This document shows positions 25,801 to 38,365 of a DNA stretch of 64,000 bases, in pieces. The stretch spans positions 70,432,001 through 70,496,000 of the forward strand of contig CM060731.1 of assembly GCA_030704615.1 (NCBI GenBank). The letters are read 5' to 3'. The notes beneath the pieces were generated by a model. The model was given only the letters and a program-made list of their open reading frames with translations. It was not told where the DNA came from and did no database searches. This DNA comes from Takakia lepidozioides. Taxonomy: Eukaryota > Plantae > Bryophyta. Positions within the stretch are counted from its first letter, which is position 1. Every line of letters begins with the position of its first letter. The position numbers and the translations under genes are program-made.

Positions 25801-28530
25801 GGGTAATTGCAATACATACAAGTATGAGGTTCATGGACGAGCTATGGCTTATGTGAAGCCACTAGACCTGTTGCTATGCTCTCTTGGGCTCTCACGGCCC
25901 ACCAGAGGCGCCCCCAACTCACCAAACAAGCTCTTTGCTTTCCAACAAACTCTCTTGCTCCATGAAACTCACAAAATAAAGCTGAAAAATACACATCTTT
26001 GTCACCTTGGGGCACTTGCATCTCTCATGCATATTCCCTGGCTCTAGGGCCCCTCGTTGCTGCCCTTCCAGCCCCGCTCTTGCCACTCCAAGAGCCCTTA
26101 CACTGCTGAGTTGCAGATTGAAACTCCAACTCAGCACATGCTTCACAAGTGCACTGATTTCCACACAAAATGGACCAGCCCTCTCTCTTCACTCCTACCT
26201 CTTCATGAGCTTGGAGCTGAAGCTCCCAACAGGCTGCGATGCATCCCCTCGCAGCTCCACTATTCGGCTGCTCCTCATCTACCCGCAACAACTAGTTTCG
26301 GGCATAAATACCTGGAGCTGATCATATCATCTCCAACCTGCAACACACTAGCTTCCCATGCGAAGCCCACATTCCTGCAGCTCATTAACTCGGCCTACAA
26401 CTGAAGAAGACGACCACCAGTTCGCCCACTCGTGGCCAACATCTCCTCCGCTTCACACTAGAAGCCCCAACTTGGTTGCCATAGCGTTGGGCTATGCAAC
26501 ACTGACCGCATCTCTATCCATTGCAAACCTACAACCTGCTCGCCTTCACACTCTTTCCGCTTTGGATAGGCTCATGCATGGATCCCTGCACTCTAGGCTG
26601 AACCGCTTCTCATGATCTGAAAACACAAGTGCTACAATAATTCGAACCTGGCACTCACAGACGAGTGATAAAGACAAATGATATAAGCATACAAGCTCTC
26701 TTAAACTCACACATTTGTACATGAAAACATCACTCATATATTAAATCAAGCCAAGTACACCACACGCCATGGGGAATCCACACTACGGTGTTATAGCTAG
26801 ACGCGGTGAGGCTCAACTCGAGAAAGATGAGCCCACTGCGATCTGCCGTGAAAATAACCATGCCAGGTGCCCAAACATGAATTGGCCCATGGATTGACAC
26901 TTGGGTCAATCCCAAATGTCAATATATAAAAGCTAGTTATTTCCTAGCTAACTTCACACTAGTGGTAAAATAACTTGACATAGTTGTTTTATCTCTTTTC
27001 TCATCTTTAACATTGTGGCATAGTTTTCTAGGATTTTGTGCTAGGAAATGCAGTTAGCTGACAACGATGTATGTTGTGGCACGATGCTTAGGTGCATGAC
27101 ACAAATTTTCCATAAGAACCTGGAAATTTTAAAAGCTATTAAGGGGAGCTAAACATCATTCGGCCACAACCCTCTCCAATTCACAAAAGAAGGTATAGTT
27201 TTTGTTTTTGTTTTTATTCGGGCCACTTTACACTTGGGAAAGAAATACCTCGAACCAGAAAGCATCCAACAAATGGACCACCACTACAAGAGATGAGCGT
27301 TTTTAGGACTACGGATTTGGCGGAGTCATAAAAACGGCACTAGGTATACGACTACAGAGCGCTAAAATGCGTTGCAGTCATAGTTTTATCACTTTATAGT
27401 AATGGATATCACTACATGACTCCGGAAAATTAGGGAGCATTGGTCAAACATTATTGACCATGATGACAATGATGGTTTTATGACTAGTGTGATATGTTTG
27501 ACTACACGTGGACGACGTTTCATGGAATCTTGTGACTCCATGACTAAAGATGGTTTTACAGCTCTATTTATACGACTACATCCCTACACGTGTCATTTTG
27601 AAAGCACATACATGAATGTATTCATCCATTGGATGAGTTTATCCATCGATGACATGGCATGTAAACTTATGAGTCCCTTACTGCAAATTGTTTCATAACT
27701 CTATATATATGACTATATCACTACACATGTCATTTAAAAGGCATATACATTAATGAATTCATTCAATGGATGGGTTCATCCATCCGCCTATACGGTGTGT
27801 CGATTTGATATCTGTTCAATAAATTGGACCTGGATGGATGTGGCTTAACAAGGATCGCAAGATATATGAGATTAAAATACATGGTTATACAAGGTTAGAT
27901 CATGTGATGGAAATTATTTTGAATCGTTAGATTTTACAGGATCTAACGGTCTAGATTGTTTAAGATCTAACGGTTTAAGATTACACCGCCGAACTTTATA
28001 TCGGGCTGGGACTTAGGCTTTTTTGTCTCCTGCGTTTCACCATCTATTTGATGTTGTGTCATGGAACGCGATGATCGCAGGATATGCAGGGGTGTGGGAT
28101 GGAGGCTTTGCAGACCTTCCTACTCTTGAGCAAATGATGCAGGAAGGAGAACAGGAGGAGGAGAGGAGACGAGGAGAAGATCCCAACATTCTTGTGAGCT
28201 CGCTGTTTTTGGGAGAGAGACGAGACGAGACGAGGAGACGCTCGCCGTTCTTGGGAGAGTCAGCTTGGTCTTAGCAGGCCGTGTTTCAATCTCTGCCTGC
28301 TCAGCTGCACCGTGGTGGTTCGATCTCACATACCAATCCAACATTACTTGACTACAGATACAAGCAGCACACACAAGGGGTCCTTTTGGGCTGATGGTCG
28401 GTCAAATCCTCTATGGGTCATGACACAAGGTAAAGGTCAATGTGGTGAGGATACCTTCTTCTTTGACCTATTTCAGCCTATTTTGCCCTGTTTGGCAGCA
28501 TGAAAGTATCCAAAAACAGGTCATAGAGAT

Positions 28531-28881
28531 GAGGAGAAGCTTTGGAATGAACACTTTTCCGACCCCAGTCAATGGCGGGACAATGGAGACAAAAAGGTGA
28601 ATGCATGTTGGACTACACTAGAGAGAAGTAGATGCAATTTAGAATTAGAACTACTGTAATAATTAGGGTTGGGGTTTGCTGGAAGAACTTCACGCCGTCA
28701 GTGTCAGCTGCTAGCAGCAAGTATTCATGATTTGTACACAGACAAGGATAGCTGAAGGACCAGGGATAGAGGTCCAGGTTCATCCAAGAGGGCCGGATTT
28801 CAAACACAAGATTAGTTCTGATTCCCCATGGATCAATAGCTACAAGAAATCTGCTAATGAGAAAATGGTCTGCTAATGAAG
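28531..28881 (+). pseudogene. Complete two-exon PDF motif inside Pack-CACTA 1
   Basis: EEKLWNEHFSDPSQWRDNGDKK | intron 28597-28777 (GT-AG) | VHPRGPDFKHKISSDSPWINSYKK. Confidence 0.85.
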
Positions 28882-29499
28882 GCACGTTTTTCAACACATT
28901 TCACCCTGTTTTCCCCTCTTATCAGAATCGGCCCTAAATTTTCATGTTGAATTCTGCAAGTTAGTTGGTTGAGTGAACATGGGATAGTTTGGAGTGACTT
29001 TGATATCATGGGCAAGGACCTTAAGGACTATCTCAATGGCCTACCTGCCCTCGTCACTAGACTGAAATTTAAACTCGGGGTGGGACAACTACAAGTGCAA
29101 CCACGAGCTACCACACTTAACATACATGTTGACAAGGGTGTTGTGTAGAAAAACATTTAATGCCTTCAATCCACTTAATATAATGTGAGCATATGCACCT
29201 GATTTCAGTTTGCAGACCTTTCAGCTTGATGCTCTTATGCTTGAGACATGGGACTTAGGTATCTGAATATACTGAAATTATGCCTAGCTGGTTGAAGTTT
29301 GTAGAGCCTCTTTTAGTTGCAGGATGGGGAAGGCAGGGGGCAAGGAGGCAGGGGAAAAATAGAATACTGTTCAGTATGACTCTTGGAGCCATTCCAGCTT
29401 AAAATGTGATGATGTCTCCATTGGGGCATGGACCTCTTGGTCATTTACAAGGGACTTGGTAGGGTCAGCATGATCATAGGAGTGTATGAAGGCTGGCAG

Positions 29500-29907
29500 C
29501 CTTGGAATTTTATAACCAGATGTCATTCTGAACATCCCCTAATTCTGGACATATATGCCAATGTCAAGGGAGTGTTCAACACTATGGCTAAACGAGATGT
29601 GGTGTCGTGGAGTGCGATGCTTGCAGGGTATGCACAGCAAGGGTGCAGGATGGAGGTTTTGGATACCTATGAGCCAATGATGGGGGAAGGGGTGAAGCTC
29701 GACCACATCATTTTAGTGTGTGTTTGCAGTGCGTGTGCAAGCCTGGCAGCCCTGGAAAAGGGCAAAGAGGTGCATGGTTGCATCACCAAAGCTGGAATTG
29801 TACCATATGTGATTCTGAACAATACCTCGTGGACATATATGCCAAATGTGGGAGCATTGAGGATGCGGAGGGAGCCTTCAACACTATGGCTGAACGAGAT
29901 CGTGTGA
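29500..29907 (+). pseudogene. PLS-PPR fragment inside Pack-CACTA 1
   Basis: VFNTMAKRDVVSWSAMLAGYAQQG...ACASLAALEKGKEVH...; frameshifted near 29830. Confidence 0.85.
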
Positions 29908-30040
29908 TAAGTTGAGTTGGTTGTTTCCTAGAACAAATATAGGCTGTCCTTGTCAGCTGCTAGCATCAAGGTAAGGATTTATGCATGATTTGTGCAGAGG
30001 CATGGATAGGTGAAGGAGCAGGGATAGAGTGTGGGTCCAG

Positions 30041-30811
30041 ATTCATGAAAGAGGGCCAGATTTCAAGCTCCAGATTACCTATGATTCCCTGTGTTGAAGG
30101 ATAGCTACAAGAAACCTGCATGGGTAGATGGTCAACTGGAATTTGTCGTAGCAGCGGCACAATTGATAAATCAGGCATTGGTAACGAAGACACCTTCTTC
30201 AATAGCACAACGGCTACAAGTGGGTAGATGGTCTACTACAAACAGCGGCAACAGCACAATTGATAGAACAAGACACTACTAATGAAGGTACCTTCTTCAA
30301 CATATTCCACCATGTTTTCCCCTGCCATCAGAGTCGTCCCTATATTTTCATTTTGAATTCTGCAAGTTAGCTCCACGTTGGTGGATCTCTGGTGGTTTTG
30401 GAATGATTTTGACATGTTATTGCCAATGTGGTCAACAGGAAAGTATTAAAAAAATAGATAACAGAGACGAGGAGAAGCTCTGTTCCAAAGAATACGTTTC
30501 CGACCCCAATCAATGATGGAACAATCGAGGCAAAAAAATGAATGCTTGTTGGAAGTAGACGCAAGTCAGCGAGTATGGTAAGTAGGGTTGGGGTGTTTGC
30601 TGGAACAATTCTAGGCTGTCATTGTCAGCTGCTAGGAGCAAGGCAATGATATATACATGATTTGTGCAGAGGCATGGATAGCTGAAGGAGCAGGGATAGA
30701 GTGCATGGGTCCAGATTCATCCAAGAGGGCCGGATTTCAATCTCCAGATTACCTATGATTCCCTGTGGAAGGATAGCTACAAGAAACCTGCATGGATAGA
30801 TGATCAAATGG
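30041..30811 (+). pseudogene. PDF exons (B-A-B) inside Pack-CACTA 1
   Basis: 30041 IHERGPDFKLQITYDSL.../KDSYKKPAWVDGQLE; 30469-30537 degenerate EEKL..EYVSDPNQ*WNNRGKK; 30715 IHPRGPDFNLQITYDSLWKDSYKKPAWIDDQ. Confidence 0.8.
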
Positions 30812-33800
30812 TTGGTCTTGAGCTGAAGAGCACGACCCCTGCAGGGATGTCTCTCCATCTGTAGATCTTTTAGGAAGTGGAAGGCTAGGGCCCAGCTTTC
30901 TTATGACATTGTTAGCTGATTTTCAGTTCTTCTCCTTAGCTCGGTGCCTTTCTGTTTCCAAGTTATGGCAGTAGTTTCTGGATGCAGTTTTTTTTCCTGC
31001 TAGACTCTTTAGCTCTATGCAGACCCCCTTCTTTGCTTGCCTTCCTTCTTACTACTCTTTCTTGTCTTGGTACGCGAAGCTGTGTCTTCCTCTTTTAGCC
31101 TCTATGGCACTCTATCCAGAGGTTATTTTTTCCTCTTTGTATCCAAGGACATTTTATGTCCATTACCTATAAAGTTCTGGAGGCCACTGTCCCTCTTTGT
31201 TAACAAAAAAAAAAAAAAAAAAAAAAAACAACGACAACAACAATGGCTTCCATTCTATTTTCCCAGAAACCTAATGAGAATTTAAATCAATTAATAATCT
31301 AAATATTATAATTGTATGATTTAATTTATTAATTTAAAATATTATTAAAAAACCTCTTTAGTCATGAAGTTATATACTCATGACTACATGATGGCAACGT
31401 GGCATTATATGATACGATATTCTTTCCCACGTGTAGGTCATATATGTTGTCCATGTGGACACATGTCACATCCGGAGTGCTACATGTGTCTCTCTGACGC
31501 CTCTCCAATGGAGTCATACTTTGTAGACATGTAGTCATATAGTTAGTCATATATATATCATATAGTTGTGACTACATCCTCTCTACATCATGACTCCAGG
31601 TGCCACGCACGCAGTCACGGCTATGACTTGCAAAACGCAGTCCTAAAGACTAGTCGCTATGACAGGGCTTTTTTCACTGCAGAGTGATGTAGTCATGAAC
31701 GCATATAGGACTGAAAAAATAGTCATATGTGCAGTCATAAAAACGCTCATCTGTTGTAGTGCACCTTATAAGTGGTCATGGGTTCAAAGCCACATAGATG
31801 TATGCTCGACATCATCGATTAGTCGACCAACCCACTATAAAAAAAGGGTTATTTGGGTCAACCACTTATCGCGTTACATGGGGACTTTCGAGTCACTGGG
31901 AGAGGGTTGGATAACCGCATTGCCTTGGTTACAGCTGTCCACCTTCTAAACTGACAATAGTAGTCCTTCGGAGCAAAGTTACACCATAAGTTACGTTTGT
32001 TTTGGCAAGAATCTTCCTTCTTTCCCGAACTAGGGAATAACTAGTCTTAACAATTATATAACTAGAAAATGGACGATTTTGTTCCGTTGCCACTCCCTTG
32101 GATCAAATGCCAGATCTTTCAATGGAAAAGATTGAAACAAGAAAGCAGCAAGCTTAGTCACCCAAAGTTTGCGATCATAAGTTTGCGAATAGTGTGTAAG
32201 TCAGAATAATCAGCCCATGGTTTTGCAATGATAGCCAACTTAAAATAGGATGGAACAATTTTTTTTTGGAGTGTCAGTGTTTTTTCTCATTAAGATATTT
32301 GAACTGGAATCATGTATGCTTTCCTGATGTTTGGTAACAATGACCTATGTCCCAACGAGTGTTGGGCGGGTATATATGTAGACATATATACTTGGCCGGT
32401 AATAAACAATGTATTACACTATTGATACTGAGGTTGGGTAGCGAGTGAGCATGCTCAGGTGAGCATAAGGGCATATTCCCCGAATTTTCGGGATAAATTT
32501 TCGCAGCGAAATGAAATTGACGAAGTTAACAATTATGCGAAACTAACACATAAAGAACAATATAGCCCCTATACCTGGTGAACATGTTACCCTATAGGCG
32601 TGGTTTTTTCTCCATAAGAGGCATGAGAGTGGGCGGTGAGGCTTCACCTCAACTTTAAGGTCATTTCCCTTCCACACACAAACATCAAAACAAAAAATAA
32701 AAAATAAAAAATCATCTCCTATGGATAATTTCACACTGCGAAATTCCGCCTGAGAAGCAATCATGTTGTGGCTAACAGGATGAATAGGTCACTTTTCAAG
32801 CCCCACCCATTCTTTTTGGATGTAGGATTTTTGGGTGATGGGATTTCTCAATGCAAAACCCACCTCTTGCTTAGTGTGTGCCCGTATCACCAAGTATTTC
32901 TGAGCAAGGATCAATCGTGAGAAACTCAGATAAACAACGTATGTCACGATCAACCACAACATTGCACAATGGGGTGGGTTTGAATGATGCCCGCTCAACA
33001 CCATTTTGCATCAAGTCGATTTCATCTGCGATGGTTTCTTTCTATCGCTTCCAGTACATATGCCGCTCAGAAGCTGCGCACCAAGCTTCCTCAGCCAACG
33101 TAGACTTAGACATTGAAACTTCCTCATGAGATTTTCTTTCCTCTAGTAACTCGGTGAAATGATCAACGATGATATCTGTGAATCCACCTTGCGTTGGAGA
33201 GCCTGTAGGTTTGCGGATAACACAACTATGTCATCCTCCGTGCCTGTGCTTACGATGACAAAGTGTTTTGCAGTCAAGACTTCATGTTGTATTGAGAGCT
33301 CATCCAACTTCAATATGGCTGATGTACATAAATCTTTGTGAACTTGTGCTTCTCACTATAACAGAACGCGGTATATCTGACTGCGAGGCCGCGGTAGTCA
33401 TGGTTTTCCTGACTTTGACCATGACTTCCCTATATTTTTGGACCAAATTGGGGCTTCACGGAGTCGTTGAAATGACTGTGTGACTACATAGTCCTCTGGG
33501 TGACTACGTTGGTAGACTTCGTCATGACTGCATGGCTCCGCACTAGACGGAAGGTTGGTCAATGATGGTTGACCAGCGCGAGCTCACCACCAAATAGTCG
33601 TTGGAATGGCTTCTAGTGTGAAGCCTGGTAGCCAAAAGGTTAATTTTTTTTTTTAAAGTTGCTTATAGGGTTGCCCATTAGCTGGGACTTAGCTTTTTTT
33701 CTTTTTTGTCCTGCGCGGTTTCCTAGTATCGAGCTGTTGTGTCATGGAACGCGAGGATTGCAGGATAGGGCGTGGGATGGAGGCTTTGTATTGAGCTATC

Positions 33801-34719
33801 GATGTGGGGCGAAGCGTAACGTGCACCGCAACCGCAATGGGCTCTTGGCTCCTGTTAGTACCATGATGTGGTATTCTTCCTGATGTTTACAAGTTCTTGG
33901 GAGAGTCAGCTTGGCTTGGCAGTCCGTGTTTCAATTTTACCTTTGTGAAAAAGGGTAAAAGGTCCATGGTGACATTGTCAAATTTAGGGTATCCAGAAAC
34001 AGATGTTGTAGTATTGAGGATACAAAGGGAGTGTTTGAGAATATGGCTGAACGAACCTAGAGTGTGATGATCGCGGGATATGCCCCAGCATGGATGCAAG
34101 ATGGAGGCATTGGAGACCTATGAACAAATGATGTGGGAAGGGTAAAGGCAAACCTGGTCACGTTCGTGTGTAGATGCAATGCGTGTGCGAGCCTGACAGC
34201 CCTGGAAAATGGCAAAGAGGTCCATGCTAACATCATCAGAGCTGGAATTGTACAAGATGTCATTCCGAACGATACCCTGGTAGACATGTATGCCAAATGT
34301 GGCAGCATCGAAGCTGCAAAGGGAAGGCAATTATTACTTCCATTGAGCGTTTTCATCTGTCTTCCTAGTGCAGAAGCTTGGGTGCAACACAGTACAACAC
34401 AATCCCTGTTTTATGAACGAACGTTGATCACGTGGATTTAATGATGGCAGGATTCTTCTTCGACTTGTTTCAGCTTGGTTTGCCTTCCCATCAGACTCGG
34501 CCCTGGATTGCTCGGCAGAGCAGAGCTGGCATGAGGGTTTTACAAATCCTTCACGATGATGGGACAACCGCGATCGCAAGGTGTGGCTTTTTCTTAATGT
34601 ACGATGTGAAGAAGTTTGTCCATCCTGCAAATGTGGGCTCTTGGCTCTTGGCTCTTGGCAGGAAAGCTGGAAAGTAGGTGCACACTCACATTGTCCAAAG
34701 TGGATGCACGCCGAACGTT

Positions 34720-36442
34720 TTTCTACTCAACACCCTTGTCAACATGTATGTTAAGGGGAGCATCATGGATGATCACCAAGTGTTCAACACATAATGCCTC
34801 AACAATTTTTGATCACGTGGAATATAATGTTGGCAGGATTTACCAAGCATGGGCGTGGTACAAATGCCTTGGAGACCTGTGAGCAAAGGATGCGCGAAGA
34901 GGTGAGCCCAGCCACATCACGTTTGTTTGTGTTTGCAATGCGTGTGCAAGCCTGGAAAAGGGGAAAGAGGTCCATGGTGACATCGGTCAAAGCTGGAATT
35001 GCACCAGATGTCATTCTGAACACTGCCCTGACCTGGACATGTATGCCAAATGTGGATGCATTGAGGATGCAAAGGGAGTTTTTGACACTATGGTTGAACG
35101 AGATGTGGTGTCGCGGAGTGCGATGCTTGCAGGGTATGCACAGCAAGGACATGGGATGGAGGCTTTGGAGACCTATGAGCAAATGATGGGGGAAGGGGTG
35201 ACGCCCAGCCACATCATGTTTGTGTGCATTAGCAATGCTTGTGCAAGCCTGGCAGCCCTGGAGAAGGGCAAAGAGGTGCATGGCGATATCATCAAAGCTG
35301 GAATTGTACCAAATGTCATTCTGAACACTGCCCTGGCAGCTCTGGAAAAGGGGAAAGACATCCATGGTGACATCTTCAGAGCTGGAATTGTACCAAATGT
35401 CATTATGAACCATACCCTGGTGGACATGTATGCAAAGTGGGTGCATCGAGCCCTGGACAAGGGCAAAGAGGTGCATGGCGATATCATCAAAGCTGGAATT
35501 GTACCAAATGTCATTCTGAACACTGCCCTGGCAGCTCTGGAAAAGGGGAAAGACGTCCATGGTGACATCTTCAGAGCTGGAATTGTACCAAATGTCATTA
35601 TGAACCATACCCTGGTGGACATGTATGCAAAGTGGGTACATCGAGCCCTGGACAAGGGCAAAGAGGTGCATGGCGATATCATCAAAGCTGGAATTGTACC
35701 AAATGTCATTCTGAACACTGCCCTGGCAGCTTTGGAAAAGAGGAAAGAGGTCCATGGTGACATCTTCAGAGCTGGAATTGTACCAAACGTCATTCTGAAC
35801 CATACCCTGGTGGACATGTATGCAAAGTGGGTGCATCGAGCCCTGGACAAGGGCAAAGAGGTGCATGGCGATATCATCAAAGCTGGAATTGTACCAAATG
35901 TCATTCTGAACACTGCCCTGGCAGCTTTGGAAAAGAGGAAAGAGGTCCATGGTGACATCTTCAGAGCTGGAATTGTACCAAACGTCATTCTGAACAATAC
36001 CCTGGTGGACATGTATGCAAAGTGGGTGCATCGAGCCCTGAACAAGAGCAAAGAGGTGCATGGCGATATCATCAAAGCTGGAATTGTACCAAATGTCATT
36101 CTGAACACTGCCCTAGCAGCTCTGGAAAAGGGGAAAGAGGTCCATGGCGACATCTTCAAAGCTGGAATTGTACCAAATGTCATTCGGAACAATACCCTAG
36201 TGGCCATGTATGCAAAATGTGGGTGCATCGAGGATGCAAAGGGAGTGTTCAACACTATGGCTGAACGAGATGTGGTGTCGTGGAGTGCGTGCTTGCAGGG
36301 TATGCACAGCAGGGACGTGGGATGGAGGCTTTGGAGACCTATGAGCAAATGATGGGGGTAGGGGTGAAGCCCGGGAAAAGGGCAAAGAGGTGCATGGGGA
36401 TATCATCAAAGCTGGAATTGTACCAGAGTCATTCTGAACACA
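34720..36442 (+). pseudogene. PLS-PPR cargo fragment with internal tandem expansion (ORF 35039-36352)
   Basis: MYAKCGCIEDAKGVFDTMVERDVVS... then five 65-aa units; frameshifts on both sides. Additional PPR scraps at 33735-33790 and 33950-34325. Confidence 0.85.
35256..36230 (+). repeat. 195-bp tandem repeat x5 (84 + 111 bp subunits) derived from PPR L/S motif halves
   Basis: Unit starts at 35256, 35451, 35646, 35841 and 36036; copies near-identical. Confidence 0.95.
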
Positions 36443-36789
36443 ACTGATAACTAATCCATTCATTGGCTGCATTGTTGTGTCAAAAGTCCATGCGTAGACT
36501 AGAATCCACATGTTCAATGTTGGGCAGGGAAAACTGTTCTTGCTGCCCAAAGCATGTGATAGTCACAAGCCTAGCAATTGTCTCTGGAAAGTGATGGATG
36601 ACTTGTGCCTTGGTTACAGCATCCACCCTTGTCAACTCTTGCGATGTTGCAATGAAATATACCTGCAACAAGCATTGATTAGAAGTTAGCTTTACTTCCA
36701 TGTCAGCTGCTAGCAGCAAGGCAAGGATGTATGCATGATTTAAGCAAAGTCATGGACAGTTGAAGAGCAGGGATAGAGTGGGGGTCCAG

Positions 36790-37329
36790 ATTCATCTAAG
36801 AAGGTCGGGTTTCAAGCTCCAGATTACCTATCATTCCCTGTGGAAGGACAAGTACAAGAAACAAATGGTCAAGTGGAAGCCGCATCAGCAGCGGCACAAT
36901 TGATAAAATTAGGCATTGCTAATGAAGGCACCTTCTTCAACACATTTCACCTGTTTTTCCCTCTTATCAGAGTTGGCACTCTATTTTCATGTTCAATAGC
37001 TACAAGAAACCTACATGGGTAGATGGTCAACTGGAAGTTGCAGCAGCAGCGGCGGAATTGATAAAATCAGGCACTGCTAATGAAGGCACCTTCTTCAACA
37101 CATTTCACCTTGTTTTTCCCTCTTATCAGTAGCAGCTCTAAATTTTCATGTTGAATTCTGCAAGTTAGCTGTTTGAGTGAACCTTTGTAGTTTGGAGTGA
37201 CTTTTGAGATGATACTGCCAATGTGACAACAGGAAAAAATCCAGAAGTTCAGGTAACGGAGACCACAAGAAGCTGTGGAATGAATACTTTTCTGACCCCA
37301 GTCAACGGTGGGACAATCAAGACAAATAG
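36790..37329 (+). pseudogene. PDF exons (B, partial B duplicate, A) inside Pack-CACTA 2
   Basis: 36790 IHLRRSGFKLQITYHSLWKDKYKK; ~36996 SYKKPTWVDGQLE; 37267 KKLWNEYFSDPSQRWDNQDK*|GTGAAT. Confidence 0.8.
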
Positions 37330-38194
37330 GTGAATGCCTGTTGGATTACAGAGAGTAGAAGATGCAATTGAGCATAGGAACTGGTGTGATAAGTTGAGTT
37401 GGGTGTTTCCTAGAACAATTCGAGGCTTTCATTGTCATCTGCTAGCAGTAAGGCCCATAATCATCCAAGAGGGCCAGCAAGAGGGCAGCTCTTTGTGTGC
37501 TTGATTCTCACTCCCATTTGGTGTTTGTCGTGGTCTCATTGGCAAGATATTTCCCACCATAGCCCCTTTGTCCCAAGCAGCCAGTTGTCAACCTTGCTCT
37601 CCCATCTTTCACCCTCTTCGTCAGTGAAGTACTCCCTTTCTCTTTTTTCATGTTCCAACCATTTAGGTGGTTTCTCCCTCAATACTACCTTCATTTGCTG
37701 CATTGCCATGTATTTACTCTCAGTGGTTTTAATTTGCTCATGCCCAACAGTTGGAAGAATTCCATGTGTTGGGCTGATTCCACTCCGAGCTGCAATTTCC
37801 ATTCTTTCCAGTGCTTCCCACAGGCTGGCTTTTGCTGGAACAGGTCTATCTTCTTCACTTAAATTTTCCTCTCCTCATCATATCTTCTCCAAATCTGGTC
37901 ACAGGCGTCCTCATTTCCTTCTGTCTCTAGTGCATCATGCTTATCCTCCTTGACTATCCCTTGTGGTTCAGCTCTTGTTTGTGTGTCTCCATCAAAGGGA
38001 CATCTTTTGTGTGGTGGAATGCTGCTCACAAAAAGTGCTTGTTGTGGGCTTCTTTGCAGGATTTTTCAGCTCTGTTCTTCCCTCTTCACCTTTCCTCCTT
38101 TCAGGTGATCATCCTCTCAATTCTAGTGCCTTTGTTTGTTGCATTTGTAGTGTGGTTCCTCCGTGTGCACACGATCTATTTCTCCACAGTGTAG

Positions 38195-38365
38195 AGAGAC
38201 GGTCTATGGCTCCCACTCTGGGGATCAAGGGAAAAATGTGGAGAGTTGTCCATAATTTGCATGCTCACACCAAAATGCTGTGTCAACGGTTAATGGACAG
38301 AAGTCTAACTTCTATGACATAGACCAAGGTGTGGCTCAAGGATGTACCCCCTCCCCCTTTCATGT
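38195..38365 (+). mobile_element. LINE RT fragment, same family as 58938-61403
   Basis: GGGATCAAGGGAAAAATGTGGAGAGT...GACATAGACCAAGGTGT matches 59830-59990. Confidence 0.8.

Larger units (their letters stand above)
27282..31761. mobile_element. Non-autonomous CACTA element with captured PDF and PPR gene fragments (Pack-CACTA 1)
   Basis: TIRs CACTACAAGAGATGAGCGTTTTTAGGACT / AGTCATAAAAACGCTCATCTGTTGTAGTG (27/29 match); TSD CAC at 27279-27281 and 31762-31764; ATGACT/AGTCAT subterminal repeats; no transposase. Confidence 0.92.

Noticed and set aside
34799-36348. Long antisense ORFs (420 and 391 aa) over the 195-bp array, and the many antisense ORFs over the PPR genes
   Set aside because: Shadow ORFs: a stop-free unit with length divisible by 3 repeats, and PPR codon patterns leave antisense frames open. 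No independent coding signal.
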